Below, piece by piece: positions 38,550 through 47,429 of a stretch of DNA of 64,000 nucleotides. Made by a program: the position numbers and the translations under genes. Source of the stretch: Candidatus Heimdallarchaeota archaeon (GTDB lineage Archaea; Asgardarchaeota; Heimdallarchaeia; Heimdallarchaeales; Heimdallarchaeaceae); contig JAHLWR010000003.1 in assembly GCA_019057815.1 (NCBI GenBank), positions 1 to 64,000 on the forward strand, given 5' to 3'. Numbering within the stretch: the stretch's first letter is position 1; each line of letters opens with the position of its first letter. Under the pieces are notes generated by a model. The model had not been told where the DNA came from. It did not search any database and saw only the letters and a program-made list of their open reading frames with translations.

Positions 38550-39313
38550 AAAAGCAATACCTATACCTTATTACACTTCTTTCTGTAATTTTAGTTGTTT
38601 CCACATCATTTTGCAGTATTTTACCTGTAAATGCAGCTGAAGAAGAAGAAGAAGAATGGGACTTTACTGGAGAAATCAGTATTGATAGTGACATTTTTTA
38701 TAGAGCAATGTATAATCCAATAGAGGACGGAGGTCTAAACGAAACAATTAATGGATATGAAAGACCTGTTATTTTCGTTAAAATCATAGGTTTAGATACT
38801 GATGCTAACGCAAAAATGGATATGTATATTGGGTTATATGGTATAATTACTTACGATGTTGATCATCTGGGATATGAAGAAAATACAGATTTGTTCATTA
38901 TAATAATGGGTACAACATGGAAATTAAGAATCCCTGAAGAATCACCACTTCACTGGGAAGTTCTTTACTACCCAAATCCAGTGTATATGGAAATAAATCC
39001 TAAAAGAAAAATTCCAATCATGTTCATTAATTTGACTAAAAACGTAGGTGTTAATCTAGAATACCAAATAGAGACTGGGAAAACTGCAGAAATTGGCAAT
39101 TTTACAACATTTGGATCAGGAAACCCACTACATCCCGATGTCCCCGCTTTTCCAGAATACAATACCACTGTTGCTCTATATACTGACACAATTCTTATCG
39201 GTGAATATACAAATACAGGATTCTTTGATAGTACATTGAGTTTTATAACTATCATATCTCTATCCTTCGTGACTCTCTATATCTGGAGAAAGAAAAGAAA
39301 AGCAGCAAAATAA
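38546..39313 (+). CDS. Secreted, C-terminally anchored surface protein (paralog B)
   Basis: Signal peptide, shares motifs with paralog A, C-terminal TM plus RKKRK; ATGA overlap. Confidence 0.75.
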   Translation: MKKQYLYLITLLSVILVVSTSFCSILPVNAAEEEEEEWDFTGEISIDSDIFYRAMYNPIEDGGLNETINGYERPVIFVKIIGLDTDANAKMDMYIGLYGIITYDVDHLGYEENTDLFIIIMGTTWKLRIPEESPLHWEVLYYPNPVYMEINPKRKIPIMFINLTKNVGVNLEYQIETGKTAEIGNFTTFGSGNPLHPDVPAFPEYNTTVALYTDTILIGEYTNTGFFDSTLSFITIISLSFVTLYIWRKKRKAAK

Positions 39314-39364
39314 CTTTTCTACCCAAAAAAACTTAATATATTGCAAAGAGCAAGCTACTAATGA

Positions 39365-40105
39365 GTGCTGATGTCAATAATTAACGTTGATATTTATTTA
39401 GCTAGTATATTGCTCACAATAATCAGTTCTCTTATAATACTCACACTCATAATCCCTAATTTCCTTAAGCTTACAAGAAAAACTAAAATATTGATACAAT
39501 CGTTTCTTCTTCTTCTATTTCTTGTAGGTTTAATTTTATTTTCACAAGGAATTAAGGATATGTACTTTTTCCTTGGAGCAGCTTGTGGAATAGGTTTCAT
39601 GTTAAATGGTTTAATACAGAAAAATAATCACAAATATATTTCATTTATCATGTTTTTTATTTCATTTTCATTCGTATTTCTCTCCTTAGGACAGACACTC
39701 CTCTTTTTAATGACGTTAATCTTTTCATATGCTTTATTTATTTCTTTAACTGCTTTTAAATTATTTAAAGAAAGACCTTTAGATATACTAGAGTCAAGCG
39801 AAACGAATTCTATAAAAATCATAAAGTTGGTTTTACTAATTGTTTTTGGGACAATATTCGGATACATTATTAGTATTAATTTCACTGATTTCATTGAAAT
39901 CTTAACGTTAGAGGTCACTGATTTCATTGAAATCTTAACATTAGAGGGACCAATAATCAAACATGTTATCATATATTCCACTTTTTATACTACTGATTTG
40001 TTTATTATTCTAAGCGCATTCTTTCTATTTATATGTGCAACAATTTTTATTGACATTTCTTTAAAAACACGAATGAAAAGGAAGGAAGAGCAATGGTACT
40101 ACTAA
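39365..40105 (+). CDS. Divergent NuoJ-like membrane protein with extra N-terminal helices
   Basis: YFFLGAACGIGFMLNGLIQKNN..FVFLSLGQTLL resembles NuoJ TM1-3; position ahead of K-L-M-N-like genes. Confidence 0.5.
   Translation: MLMSIINVDIYLASILLTIISSLIILTLIIPNFLKLTRKTKILIQSFLLLLFLVGLILFSQGIKDMYFFLGAACGIGFMLNGLIQKNNHKYISFIMFFISFSFVFLSLGQTLLFLMTLIFSYALFISLTAFKLFKERPLDILESSETNSIKIIKLVLLIVFGTIFGYIISINFTDFIEILTLEVTDFIEILTLEGPIIKHVIIYSTFYTTDLFIILSAFFLFICATIFIDISLKTRMKRKEEQWYY
39882..39947 (+). repeat. In-frame 33-nt tandem duplication (1 mismatch)
   Basis: tcactgatttcattgaaatcttaac(g/a)ttagagg twice, encoding TDFIEILTLEV/TDFIEILTLEG. Confidence 0.95.
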
Positions 40106-40371
40106 TTCACCTAATTGCACTAGCTTGCATCAGCTTCATAGTAGGTTTATTTACATTATTATATTCTTCAAACACACTAAAAACCTCTTTTGGTTTTTTA
40201 CTTCTTTACACTTCTGGGATACTTTTTGTATCTAGCTTTTCTATCACTCCACAAATTCTAACGTTCTTCGGTCTTGGATTCTTTACTATATTAATGATAT
40301 TTTACTTCAATTTTCATGATTACTTGATCTTTAGTAATATAAAAAAGGAAAAGGGTGAAACAGATGTTTAA
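40093..40371 (+). CDS. Divergent NuoK/MnhC-like small membrane protein
   Basis: 92 aa, 3 TMs; HLIALACISFIVGLFTLLYSSNTLK resembles the NuoK N-terminus. Confidence 0.55.
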   Translation: MVLLIHLIALACISFIVGLFTLLYSSNTLKTSFGFLLLYTSGILFVSSFSITPQILTFFGLGFFTILMIFYFNFHDYLIFSNIKKEKGETDV

Positions 40372-42337
40372 CTTAGCTTCGCTTCTTGGAATCCAAATAC
40401 TCATTCTTTTTCTTATCCCTTCGTTAAAATGGTTATTATCAAAAATTAGCATTTTAAAGAATGAAAAACCTAAGTTTACTCTTGGAGCTTTTCTTTCAGC
40501 AAACATTGTCTTTACAATTAGTTATTTTATAATCTTTTTAATCAGCTATTTCAAGGGTAACGATCTTATCCTATCGAAATTTGAATGGTTTAAAATAGGT
40601 AACCTTTCCTTTGAAATAGGATTTAATGTTTCATTGTTGCAGATATTGTTTTATTTTGTAATTATGGTATCTGTAAGCATATTCGTAATATATTATGAAC
40701 ATAGATTCCAGTTATGGCAAAGATATTTAGAAGTTAGATTGCCCTATCTTCTGGTAGCTCTAATATTCTTCATTTTCTCTCCAAACATCTTTCAACTTCT
40801 CTTATCTCTGCTAGTGATTGAATCTTTATTAATTGAGGTAACTCGTTCTCGAGATTTGAATAATGAATCTGATACAAATCATAGTATTAGACATACATTA
40901 TTCACATTGATTCTTAGTAATATATTCATTTTTACATCGTCAATACTGTTGCTTTCAAAAATTTTTACATCGTCAATACCGTTGCTTTCAAAAACAATGT
41001 CATTTGATTTTCAGATTATTCAAGCATATTTATCAGCGGAAGAATCCAATCTATATACATCTAATTATTATTCCGTTATTGCCATTCTTTTTTTCATAGG
41101 TATTATCGCTAAAACTTCTCTTTTTCCATTCCATTCATGGAAAAATAAGGTGTGTGCGAGTGAATCTCATGCAAATTTCATATTTTTGATAATTTATTTC
41201 CCTTTAACATTATTTGCTGTATTAAGCACTCCTCTAATTTTTATAATTAAGGTCATTCCCTCGTTTATTACTTGGTATACTATAGTAATTAGTTTAATCC
41301 CAGCACTATTTATTCAGTTTATTCAGGAGGAAAAAGAATTACTCAGATTCGAATCATCTGTTTACATAGGTCTAACTTTTTTCGCTGCGGGAATTGGTAG
41401 CCTAAACTCAGCTTTTCACATGTTACTTGTTTATCCAATTGTTTTTGGCATTATGATTATTTTTTCTTCTCTTAATAATGAAAAACCTTCACAAGTAGAA
41501 AGAACAACAAGAATTAAGTTTTTAGAGACTTTACGGATATCAAACTGGTTTATTGCTTTTATAGTTATTATTGGTGTAGCACCTTTTAATAGTATAATAT
41601 TAGCTGTTTCCCAATCATTGGAAACAACAAAAGTAGCATTTCCTCCTGGCTTATTTGCAATAGGTCTACTACTTTTATCACTATTATTTTCTTCAAATGT
41701 CCATAAGACAAGATCTAAGTTGAAATCACTGAAGCGGATAGATGGCCATCTAGATGTTGTTGTAGTGAGTATTCTATCAACATTACTAATTCTTCTTGCA
41801 TTAATTTTTCCAATATTCAATCTACTTCCACTTTACTCTATTGAGGTAGAAGTTGTACCACATATACTTGCGACAGTTATCTCCCTTGTTATACTTTTTT
41901 TGATTATATTAGTAATGCATGTTATAATACCGAAAAAATTCACTCAACTTACTTCAAGAATGACAAAGTTATCGTTGTCCGTTATAAATTTTATAAGAAA
42001 AGTATACTATTTCGATTTTATGTTTAGATTTTTCAAGTGGTTTTACGAAAAGTCAGTAATTCCATTCTTCTTGTGGGTGAACACAAATATTGTTGAAGGT
42101 TTTATCATAGGTTTTCTCTACATGTACATTTCTGTGTTTTTATCTAATCTAGTAACGACAATAGAAATTTTTCTGATTAAAAGCCTATTCCCCGTGGTAA
42201 AACGATTCTTCATAAAATTTTCAGTGTTTTTACGAAGATTCGAAAAAACTACCATAAAAAACCAGATTCTAGTAATTTTCTCGTTTTTAGCATTAATGAT
42301 TTGTATATTTCTTATTATATTATATGTAGGTGAATAA
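40355..42337 (+). CDS. Divergent NuoL/MrpA-like antiporter-fold subunit
   Basis: FEWFKIGNLSFEIGF, IAKTSLFPFHSW, GVAPF, C-terminal KVYYFDFMF amphipathic helix. Confidence 0.75.
   Translation: MKQMFNLASLLGIQILILFLIPSLKWLLSKISILKNEKPKFTLGAFLSANIVFTISYFIIFLISYFKGNDLILSKFEWFKIGNLSFEIGFNVSLLQILFYFVIMVSVSIFVIYYEHRFQLWQRYLEVRLPYLLVALIFFIFSPNIFQLLLSLLVIESLLIEVTRSRDLNNESDTNHSIRHTLFTLILSNIFIFTSSILLLSKIFTSSIPLLSKTMSFDFQIIQAYLSAEESNLYTSNYYSVIAILFFIGIIAKTSLFPFHSWKNKVCASESHANFIFLIIYFPLTLFAVLSTPLIFIIKVIPSFITWYTIVISLIPALFIQFIQEEKELLRFESSVYIGLTFFAAGIGSLNSAFHMLLVYPIVFGIMIIFSSLNNEKPSQVERTTRIKFLETLRISNWFIAFIVIIGVAPFNSIILAVSQSLETTKVAFPPGLFAIGLLLLSLLFSSNVHKTRSKLKSLKRIDGHLDVVVVSILSTLLILLALIFPIFNLLPLYSIEVEVVPHILATVISLVILFLIILVMHVIIPKKFTQLTSRMTKLSLSVINFIRKVYYFDFMFRFFKWFYEKSVIPFFLWVNTNIVEGFIIGFLYMYISVFLSNLVTTIEIFLIKSLFPVVKRFFIKFSVFLRRFEKTTIKNQILVIFSFLALMICIFLIILYVGE
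40928..40993 (+). repeat. In-frame 33-nt tandem duplication (1 mismatch)
   Basis: atttttacatcgtcaatac(t/c)gttgctttcaaaa twice, encoding IFTSSILLLSK/IFTSSIPLLSK. Confidence 0.95.
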
Positions 42338-43817
42338 TGTGATCGCAGCAACTATAGCAATTCTAATCTTCCTGTTACTTCCCTATCTAAAGGCTTTTTT
42401 CTTCATATTTTATAGAAGAAAAAACATCAGTTTTATCACACTTTTCTTCATTTGTATAGCACAAATTGCTACTTTAACATTTTTATGGTCTTTGTTCATT
42501 ATTTATTTCAATTCAGAATTGATTTCATATGTAATTCCTACCTCTACAAATACAAATTCAGGTTTTGTAATATCTATCAACGCAATGAATTTAATCTTAA
42601 TATCCTCAATTCAAATCGTTATTATTGCTTTCATTTTACAATATAATCCAAAAAGAACCAAGAGCTTTTATGTAAGTTTATTTTTAGCTGAAGCTGGACT
42701 GACTGGTGCTTTAATATCTGCCAATATACTCTTTTTCCTATTTTCGTTGGAAATTCTGCTTATATCTGTCTATTTCTTAATAACTTATAAAAAGAAGGAA
42801 ATGAATATAATATCAACTGGGTATTTTATTTTCTCTCAAGGGGCACTACTTATACTATTTATTACATATATCTATTATTGGTCATTAGCAAGAAATATAA
42901 GTCCTTCAGTTAATTTCTCCAAAGAAAACATCAAACTAGTCTTAAATTATGTAGACGAAATAAAAATTCGACCATCTCTCTATATGTTGGTAACAGGTTG
43001 GTTAATTCTCTTACCCACTTTTCCATTTTATGCTCTGGTTAAAGATAGCGCATCTAAAGGTAACAATATGGGGACATTCATGTTAGTAGGGTGCTTATAT
43101 CCTTCTTTTTACTATTTCTTTTATTATTGGGGTTTTGATTTTCTTCCACTTCTGAAAGAGCATGAACAAGTTAAACTGTACATTTTCATAGTTCAATTTG
43201 TTTCACTATTTCTGTTCCTTTTACTTTCTCTAAAGGAAAGGAGTTTGAAGAAAATTTTCATATATCTGACTTTTATACAAAGTCCTGTCATTTTTTTGGG
43301 CTTTTTTACAGGTACACCAACCGCAATAATTGCAACTTTGTATTATATTCTCTTCTTGCCAATATCGAGAGGTTTAGGTTTTCTTTTCGTTGATGTATTG
43401 GAAACATCGTTTGGAACCACTGATAATGAGAATTTAAAAGGATTATTCAAATATTATCCTGAACTAAGAACTCCAGCTATCATTTCCATTGTTAGTTTCG
43501 TTTTAGTTCCTCTAGTTCCGTTTTTTATCCAGTTACCTATTTTCATTGAATCTATCGTAATAACTGGTCACAATCTTTTTTATCTTCTTTTTGCAATACT
43601 AATATTAATTGCTAATATAGTAAATATTGCTCTGGTTTTCACAAGTATTCAAGATTACTTATCTCACAACATTTCAGATGTAATCATTCAATCCGAGAAA
43701 CTCAGACTAAACAATAAACTTGTTTCTCTCAAAGTAATTGCACTGATTTATATTATTTTGAATATATTTCCATTTATCCTTATAGAGTTGTTAAATAAGT
43801 ATGGAGGTCTTTCATGA
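42330..43817 (+). CDS. Divergent NuoM-like antiporter-fold subunit
   Basis: NILFFLFSLEILLISVYFLI, PTFPF, SLKKIFIY, FGTTDNENLKGLFKYYP. Confidence 0.72.
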   Translation: MNNVIAATIAILIFLLLPYLKAFFFIFYRRKNISFITLFFICIAQIATLTFLWSLFIIYFNSELISYVIPTSTNTNSGFVISINAMNLILISSIQIVIIAFILQYNPKRTKSFYVSLFLAEAGLTGALISANILFFLFSLEILLISVYFLITYKKKEMNIISTGYFIFSQGALLILFITYIYYWSLARNISPSVNFSKENIKLVLNYVDEIKIRPSLYMLVTGWLILLPTFPFYALVKDSASKGNNMGTFMLVGCLYPSFYYFFYYWGFDFLPLLKEHEQVKLYIFIVQFVSLFLFLLLSLKERSLKKIFIYLTFIQSPVIFLGFFTGTPTAIIATLYYILFLPISRGLGFLFVDVLETSFGTTDNENLKGLFKYYPELRTPAIISIVSFVLVPLVPFFIQLPIFIESIVITGHNLFYLLFAILILIANIVNIALVFTSIQDYLSHNISDVIIQSEKLRLNNKLVSLKVIALIYIILNIFPFILIELLNKYGGLS

Positions 43818-45313
43818 GTCACTTTCAAGAAATAATTCTTTACCTTCTGCCTGTTGAGATACTTGTTTTAGGCATTATTATTGTATTGCTCTTTGGATTA
43901 TTTCAAAAAGCATTTTTAACTGTTTTTCCAGTTTATAAGAGTCGAATGAGAATTCTTTATGGATATATTGCTGTTATATTCAATTTAATCTCATTTATTG
44001 CAATGTTCTATATATTGAACCCATTTAATAATCCCAATTTGATATTCTATGAGTTTGATATTTCACCATTTTTCTGCGCTATCTATTCGGTATTTTATGC
44101 TGCAACAACTGTTTTAATATTTCTTTTAATTGTAGAAACAAAGTATAATTCAGAGGAAAGTTACATTGCATTTATTGGAATTTTACTAGTTCAGATCTCA
44201 GGATATTTCATACTAGCTTCCACTTCGTGGATTTTGATTTATTTTGGTTTTTTAGTCCTTTTCATAGGAGTTAATCTTCTTTTGAGATATGTATTCTCTT
44301 TTAAAGAATTAAAAGAAAAGAAATCTCACATTAACTATACATTAATCGGTGGTTTAGCTCTATGTCTCATGTTTTTGGGAATTGCGTTTCAGTATATCGG
44401 TAATGAATCCTTTGAATTGTACATTGCATATGGAAGTCAAGAGATCTGGAATTTTCTTAGTATAGCTTTTATATTCTCATCCCTCTTGATTTTAATTGGT
44501 TGTCCTCCATTTCATTTTTGGTTTTTCAGTATAACGGATAATGAATTTACATCTCTTTCTAACTTACTTCTAATTGTACAAAGAATTCTTCCTATCTCTA
44601 TTCTCTTAAAGTATTCACTTGCAATAAGAAGTGAAGCTTCCGCTTTTTTTATTTTGTTTTTTATAATAATAGGTGGTATCTCTTGTCTATGGGGAGCAAT
44701 TGCATCAATGACCGTTGATAGTATTAGAAAATTGATTCATTATATTAGCTATATCCATTTAGGAATAATGTTTTTGAGTTTCTCAGAGATTTTTTCTGCG
44801 AAAGAAGACCTAGAATTACAGGAAATTCTACAATCTATATCATTTAATATTATTTGGTACGTTATCCTCTTTTCATTAGCATATTCTTCAATTAATGTTA
44901 TTTTTAATCAATACAAAACTGATAAGATTTCTTTATTGAAGGGTCTGGGAAGAAAAGGAGTCTTAAGATTTTCTCTTGTTTTACTCAGTCTATTCTTTCT
45001 TTTTGTCTTTCCACTAACTGAAGTGCTTTTTGCTAGATTTCTTTACTTTCAAATATCATTAACTTTTCAATGGTTTGTTATTATATTTGTCTTGATAATT
45101 ACAATAATACTTTCAAGTGTTTATATTGTACGATATATGAGATTAGCATTTTTAGAACCTCCTGTAACAAGTAAGAAAGCTAAAAATATTGAGATGGGAG
45201 TGAATATGGGATTCTTATTAGCACTTTTCCTTGCTATAGTAACCACGATATTTGCTTTAACAATCTTCGATCTTTGTAAGATAATGGCAGAATCTCTTAC
45301 TCTAAATCTTTAG
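43814..45313 (+). CDS. Divergent NuoN-like antiporter-fold subunit
   Basis: LLPVEIL, GCPPFHFW, DSIRKLIHYISYIHLG, LKGLGRK, YIVRYMRLAFL. Confidence 0.75.
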   Translation: MSHFQEIILYLLPVEILVLGIIIVLLFGLFQKAFLTVFPVYKSRMRILYGYIAVIFNLISFIAMFYILNPFNNPNLIFYEFDISPFFCAIYSVFYAATTVLIFLLIVETKYNSEESYIAFIGILLVQISGYFILASTSWILIYFGFLVLFIGVNLLLRYVFSFKELKEKKSHINYTLIGGLALCLMFLGIAFQYIGNESFELYIAYGSQEIWNFLSIAFIFSSLLILIGCPPFHFWFFSITDNEFTSLSNLLLIVQRILPISILLKYSLAIRSEASAFFILFFIIIGGISCLWGAIASMTVDSIRKLIHYISYIHLGIMFLSFSEIFSAKEDLELQEILQSISFNIIWYVILFSLAYSSINVIFNQYKTDKISLLKGLGRKGVLRFSLVLLSLFFLFVFPLTEVLFARFLYFQISLTFQWFVIIFVLIITIILSSVYIVRYMRLAFLEPPVTSKKAKNIEMGVNMGFLLALFLAIVTTIFALTIFDLCKIMAESLTLNL

Positions 45314-45351
45314 AAAACAATAACTTTTTTTATCAATATGTTTGAAATTAT

Positions 45352-46332
45352 TTGGTATTAGTGACAGAAACGAAATTTGATTTCTCGAGTGATGTAAAAG
45401 AAATTAATGCATATTTGACTAACTTAAGAAATCATGCTCCTTATGATGATGAAGTTAATAATCTTATATATGCTATACTTTATAAAGGTGGTAAAAGAAT
45501 TCGCCCTTTAATCTGTTTGTTATCATATGAAATGATATCTTCAAAACCCCGAGAAGAGCAACATTTCGCTGCAGCCTGCTCTATAGAAATTTTACATAAC
45601 GCTTCTCTTTTAATTGATGACCTTTTTGATAAAGACATTTATAGAAGAAAAGAAAAATCCTTTTATTTGAAACATTCAACATTTGCTGCTTTATCAGTTT
45701 CCTATGCTATGAGCAGTTTAGCCTTGAGTTTAGCAACTCAGACTCAAATTATGCAAATAGTTGAAGAACTTGTGAATGCAATAAAGAAGCTTTCATCATC
45801 ACTGTTCTTAGAGCAAAAGCTCAGGATTGAAGGAAGGGTGATAACAAAGAAAGAAGCTCTACAGCTTATTGATATGAAAACTTCATGTTTATTTGAAGCT
45901 ACTTCTGTGATTGGTGTTATTCTTGGAACAGCTTCTAAAAAAGACCAAGCAAACATGAAAAAATTTGGAAAGATGTTTGGTAGAGCATTTCAGTTGAGGG
46001 ATGACCTTCTATCTTTCACATCAACAACTGAAGAACAAGGAAAATCTGGTGTAGAGACGGATTTAAGTAATAAAATTCAAACTTATATTGTTCTAGAAGC
46101 AATGGAGAACGTCAACGAAGAGGATAAGGTGATTTTAGAGGATTATTATGTTAATAAAAGGAAATATCATGTAACTCGAATTAAAGAAATAATCACAAAT
46201 TCACCAGCTTTAAGGATAGTACAAAAAAAGATGGAAAATTGTATTCAGGAAGCTATAGCAATATTGCAGGAATTTCCTAGCTCAACATCTAAAGATAAAC
46301 TAATAGCAATAACAAATCTTCTTCAAGTTTAA
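45352..46332 (+). CDS. Polyprenyl (trans-isoprenyl) diphosphate synthase
   Basis: GGKRIRP, EILHNASLLIDDLFDKD..RR, KTSCLF, GRAFQLRDD. Confidence 0.9.
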   Translation: MVLVTETKFDFSSDVKEINAYLTNLRNHAPYDDEVNNLIYAILYKGGKRIRPLICLLSYEMISSKPREEQHFAAACSIEILHNASLLIDDLFDKDIYRRKEKSFYLKHSTFAALSVSYAMSSLALSLATQTQIMQIVEELVNAIKKLSSSLFLEQKLRIEGRVITKKEALQLIDMKTSCLFEATSVIGVILGTASKKDQANMKKFGKMFGRAFQLRDDLLSFTSTTEEQGKSGVETDLSNKIQTYIVLEAMENVNEEDKVILEDYYVNKRKYHVTRIKEIITNSPALRIVQKKMENCIQEAIAILQEFPSSTSKDKLIAITNLLQV

Positions 46333-46348
46333 AAGAAGAAAAGTGAAA

Positions 46349-47419
46349 TCATTCTGGTCTTACGCCTTCAATATATTCATTAAACCATTGATTAGCAGTA
46401 TATCTATTGGTTGATATGGGAGGAGCTTTAAATCCATAAGAACTGATTGAAGTCATAGGTCCTCCATGAGCCCTATTTATTGCTAATTTAGTTGCTCTTA
46501 TAACATCTATTAGAGTAGCAGCTCCATTGGGACCATCTAATGTTTCCAATCTCATATCAATTTTCACAGGCATCCCCATAAATCCTTCACCTAATATCCA
46601 AAAGTGACCTATTCTCCTGTTTCCAAGAAACTCTAAATAATCTGAGGTTCCGCTAGCAATGTTTATTTTATTTTGGGTAGCATCTTGAATTGTTCTTTCT
46701 TTTACTTTTCTTTTGTATTGCTTTCGATCATCGTCAAGAGTGTTAAGAGTTTCAAGACCACCAGCAACATCAAGCTGATACGTATCTTTGATAGTTACAC
46801 CTTGTTCTTTAAGTACTTCTAAAAACCCTTTGTGTAGCACTGTACCTCCAGCTAAAGATTGTAAATCGTCTCCAATGAGACACAAATTAGCTTTTTTGAA
46901 TTTCTGAGCCCATTGAGGATTACTAGCTATCAAAGTTGGAGTACAGTTTATAAAAGCTACTTCTGCATCAAGAGCTGCTTGAGCATATGCTTTAACTGCA
47001 AGTTCTGCGCCTGAGGGTAAAGCACAGATTAGAATTTCTGCTTCTGCTTCTTTTAATTTCTTAGCCAAATCCACATGATCTCCCTCTGCTATTTGAATTA
47101 CTTCTCTAAGCGTGTCAGATAAACCATCTAGAACTGGACCTTTACAAACAGAAACGCCATAATTGTCTATTTCTACAAACTTTGGAGTACTATTAATGGG
47201 AGCAAAAATTGCTTCAGTGATATCTTTACCTATTTTAGAAGTATCGACATCAAAAGCAGCAACGATTACAATATCCTTTACTTCATATCCCAAGATAGTA
47301 GGATGAAGTAAAAAATCTTTTTTATTTTCATAAGCTTTTATGTATTCTATGCCTTGTAAAACACCTGAAGCTATGTTTCCTATTCCAGCCAAAGCGATTC
47401 TTATTTCTCTTTCAATCAT
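46349..47419 (-). CDS. Divergent myo-inositol-1-phosphate synthase paralog
   Basis: AGIGNIAS, VAAFDVD..KIGKD, GDDLQS, GTSDYL, DGPNGAA, FKAPP. Confidence 0.82.
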   Translation of the reverse strand: MIEREIRIALAGIGNIASGVLQGIEYIKAYENKKDFLLHPTILGYEVKDIVIVAAFDVDTSKIGKDITEAIFAPINSTPKFVEIDNYGVSVCKGPVLDGLSDTLREVIQIAEGDHVDLAKKLKEAEAEILICALPSGAELAVKAYAQAALDAEVAFINCTPTLIASNPQWAQKFKKANLCLIGDDLQSLAGGTVLHKGFLEVLKEQGVTIKDTYQLDVAGGLETLNTLDDDRKQYKRKVKERTIQDATQNKINIASGTSDYLEFLGNRRIGHFWILGEGFMGMPVKIDMRLETLDGPNGAATLIDVIRATKLAINRAHGGPMTSISSYGFKAPPISTNRYTANQWFNEYIEGVRPE

Positions 47420-47429
47420 TTTCTCATCC

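Noticed and set aside
39882-40993. 33-nt repeats as a CRISPR remnant
   Set aside because: The copies are directly adjacent with no spacers, the two pairs are unrelated, they lie in frame within CDSs, and there are no cas genes.
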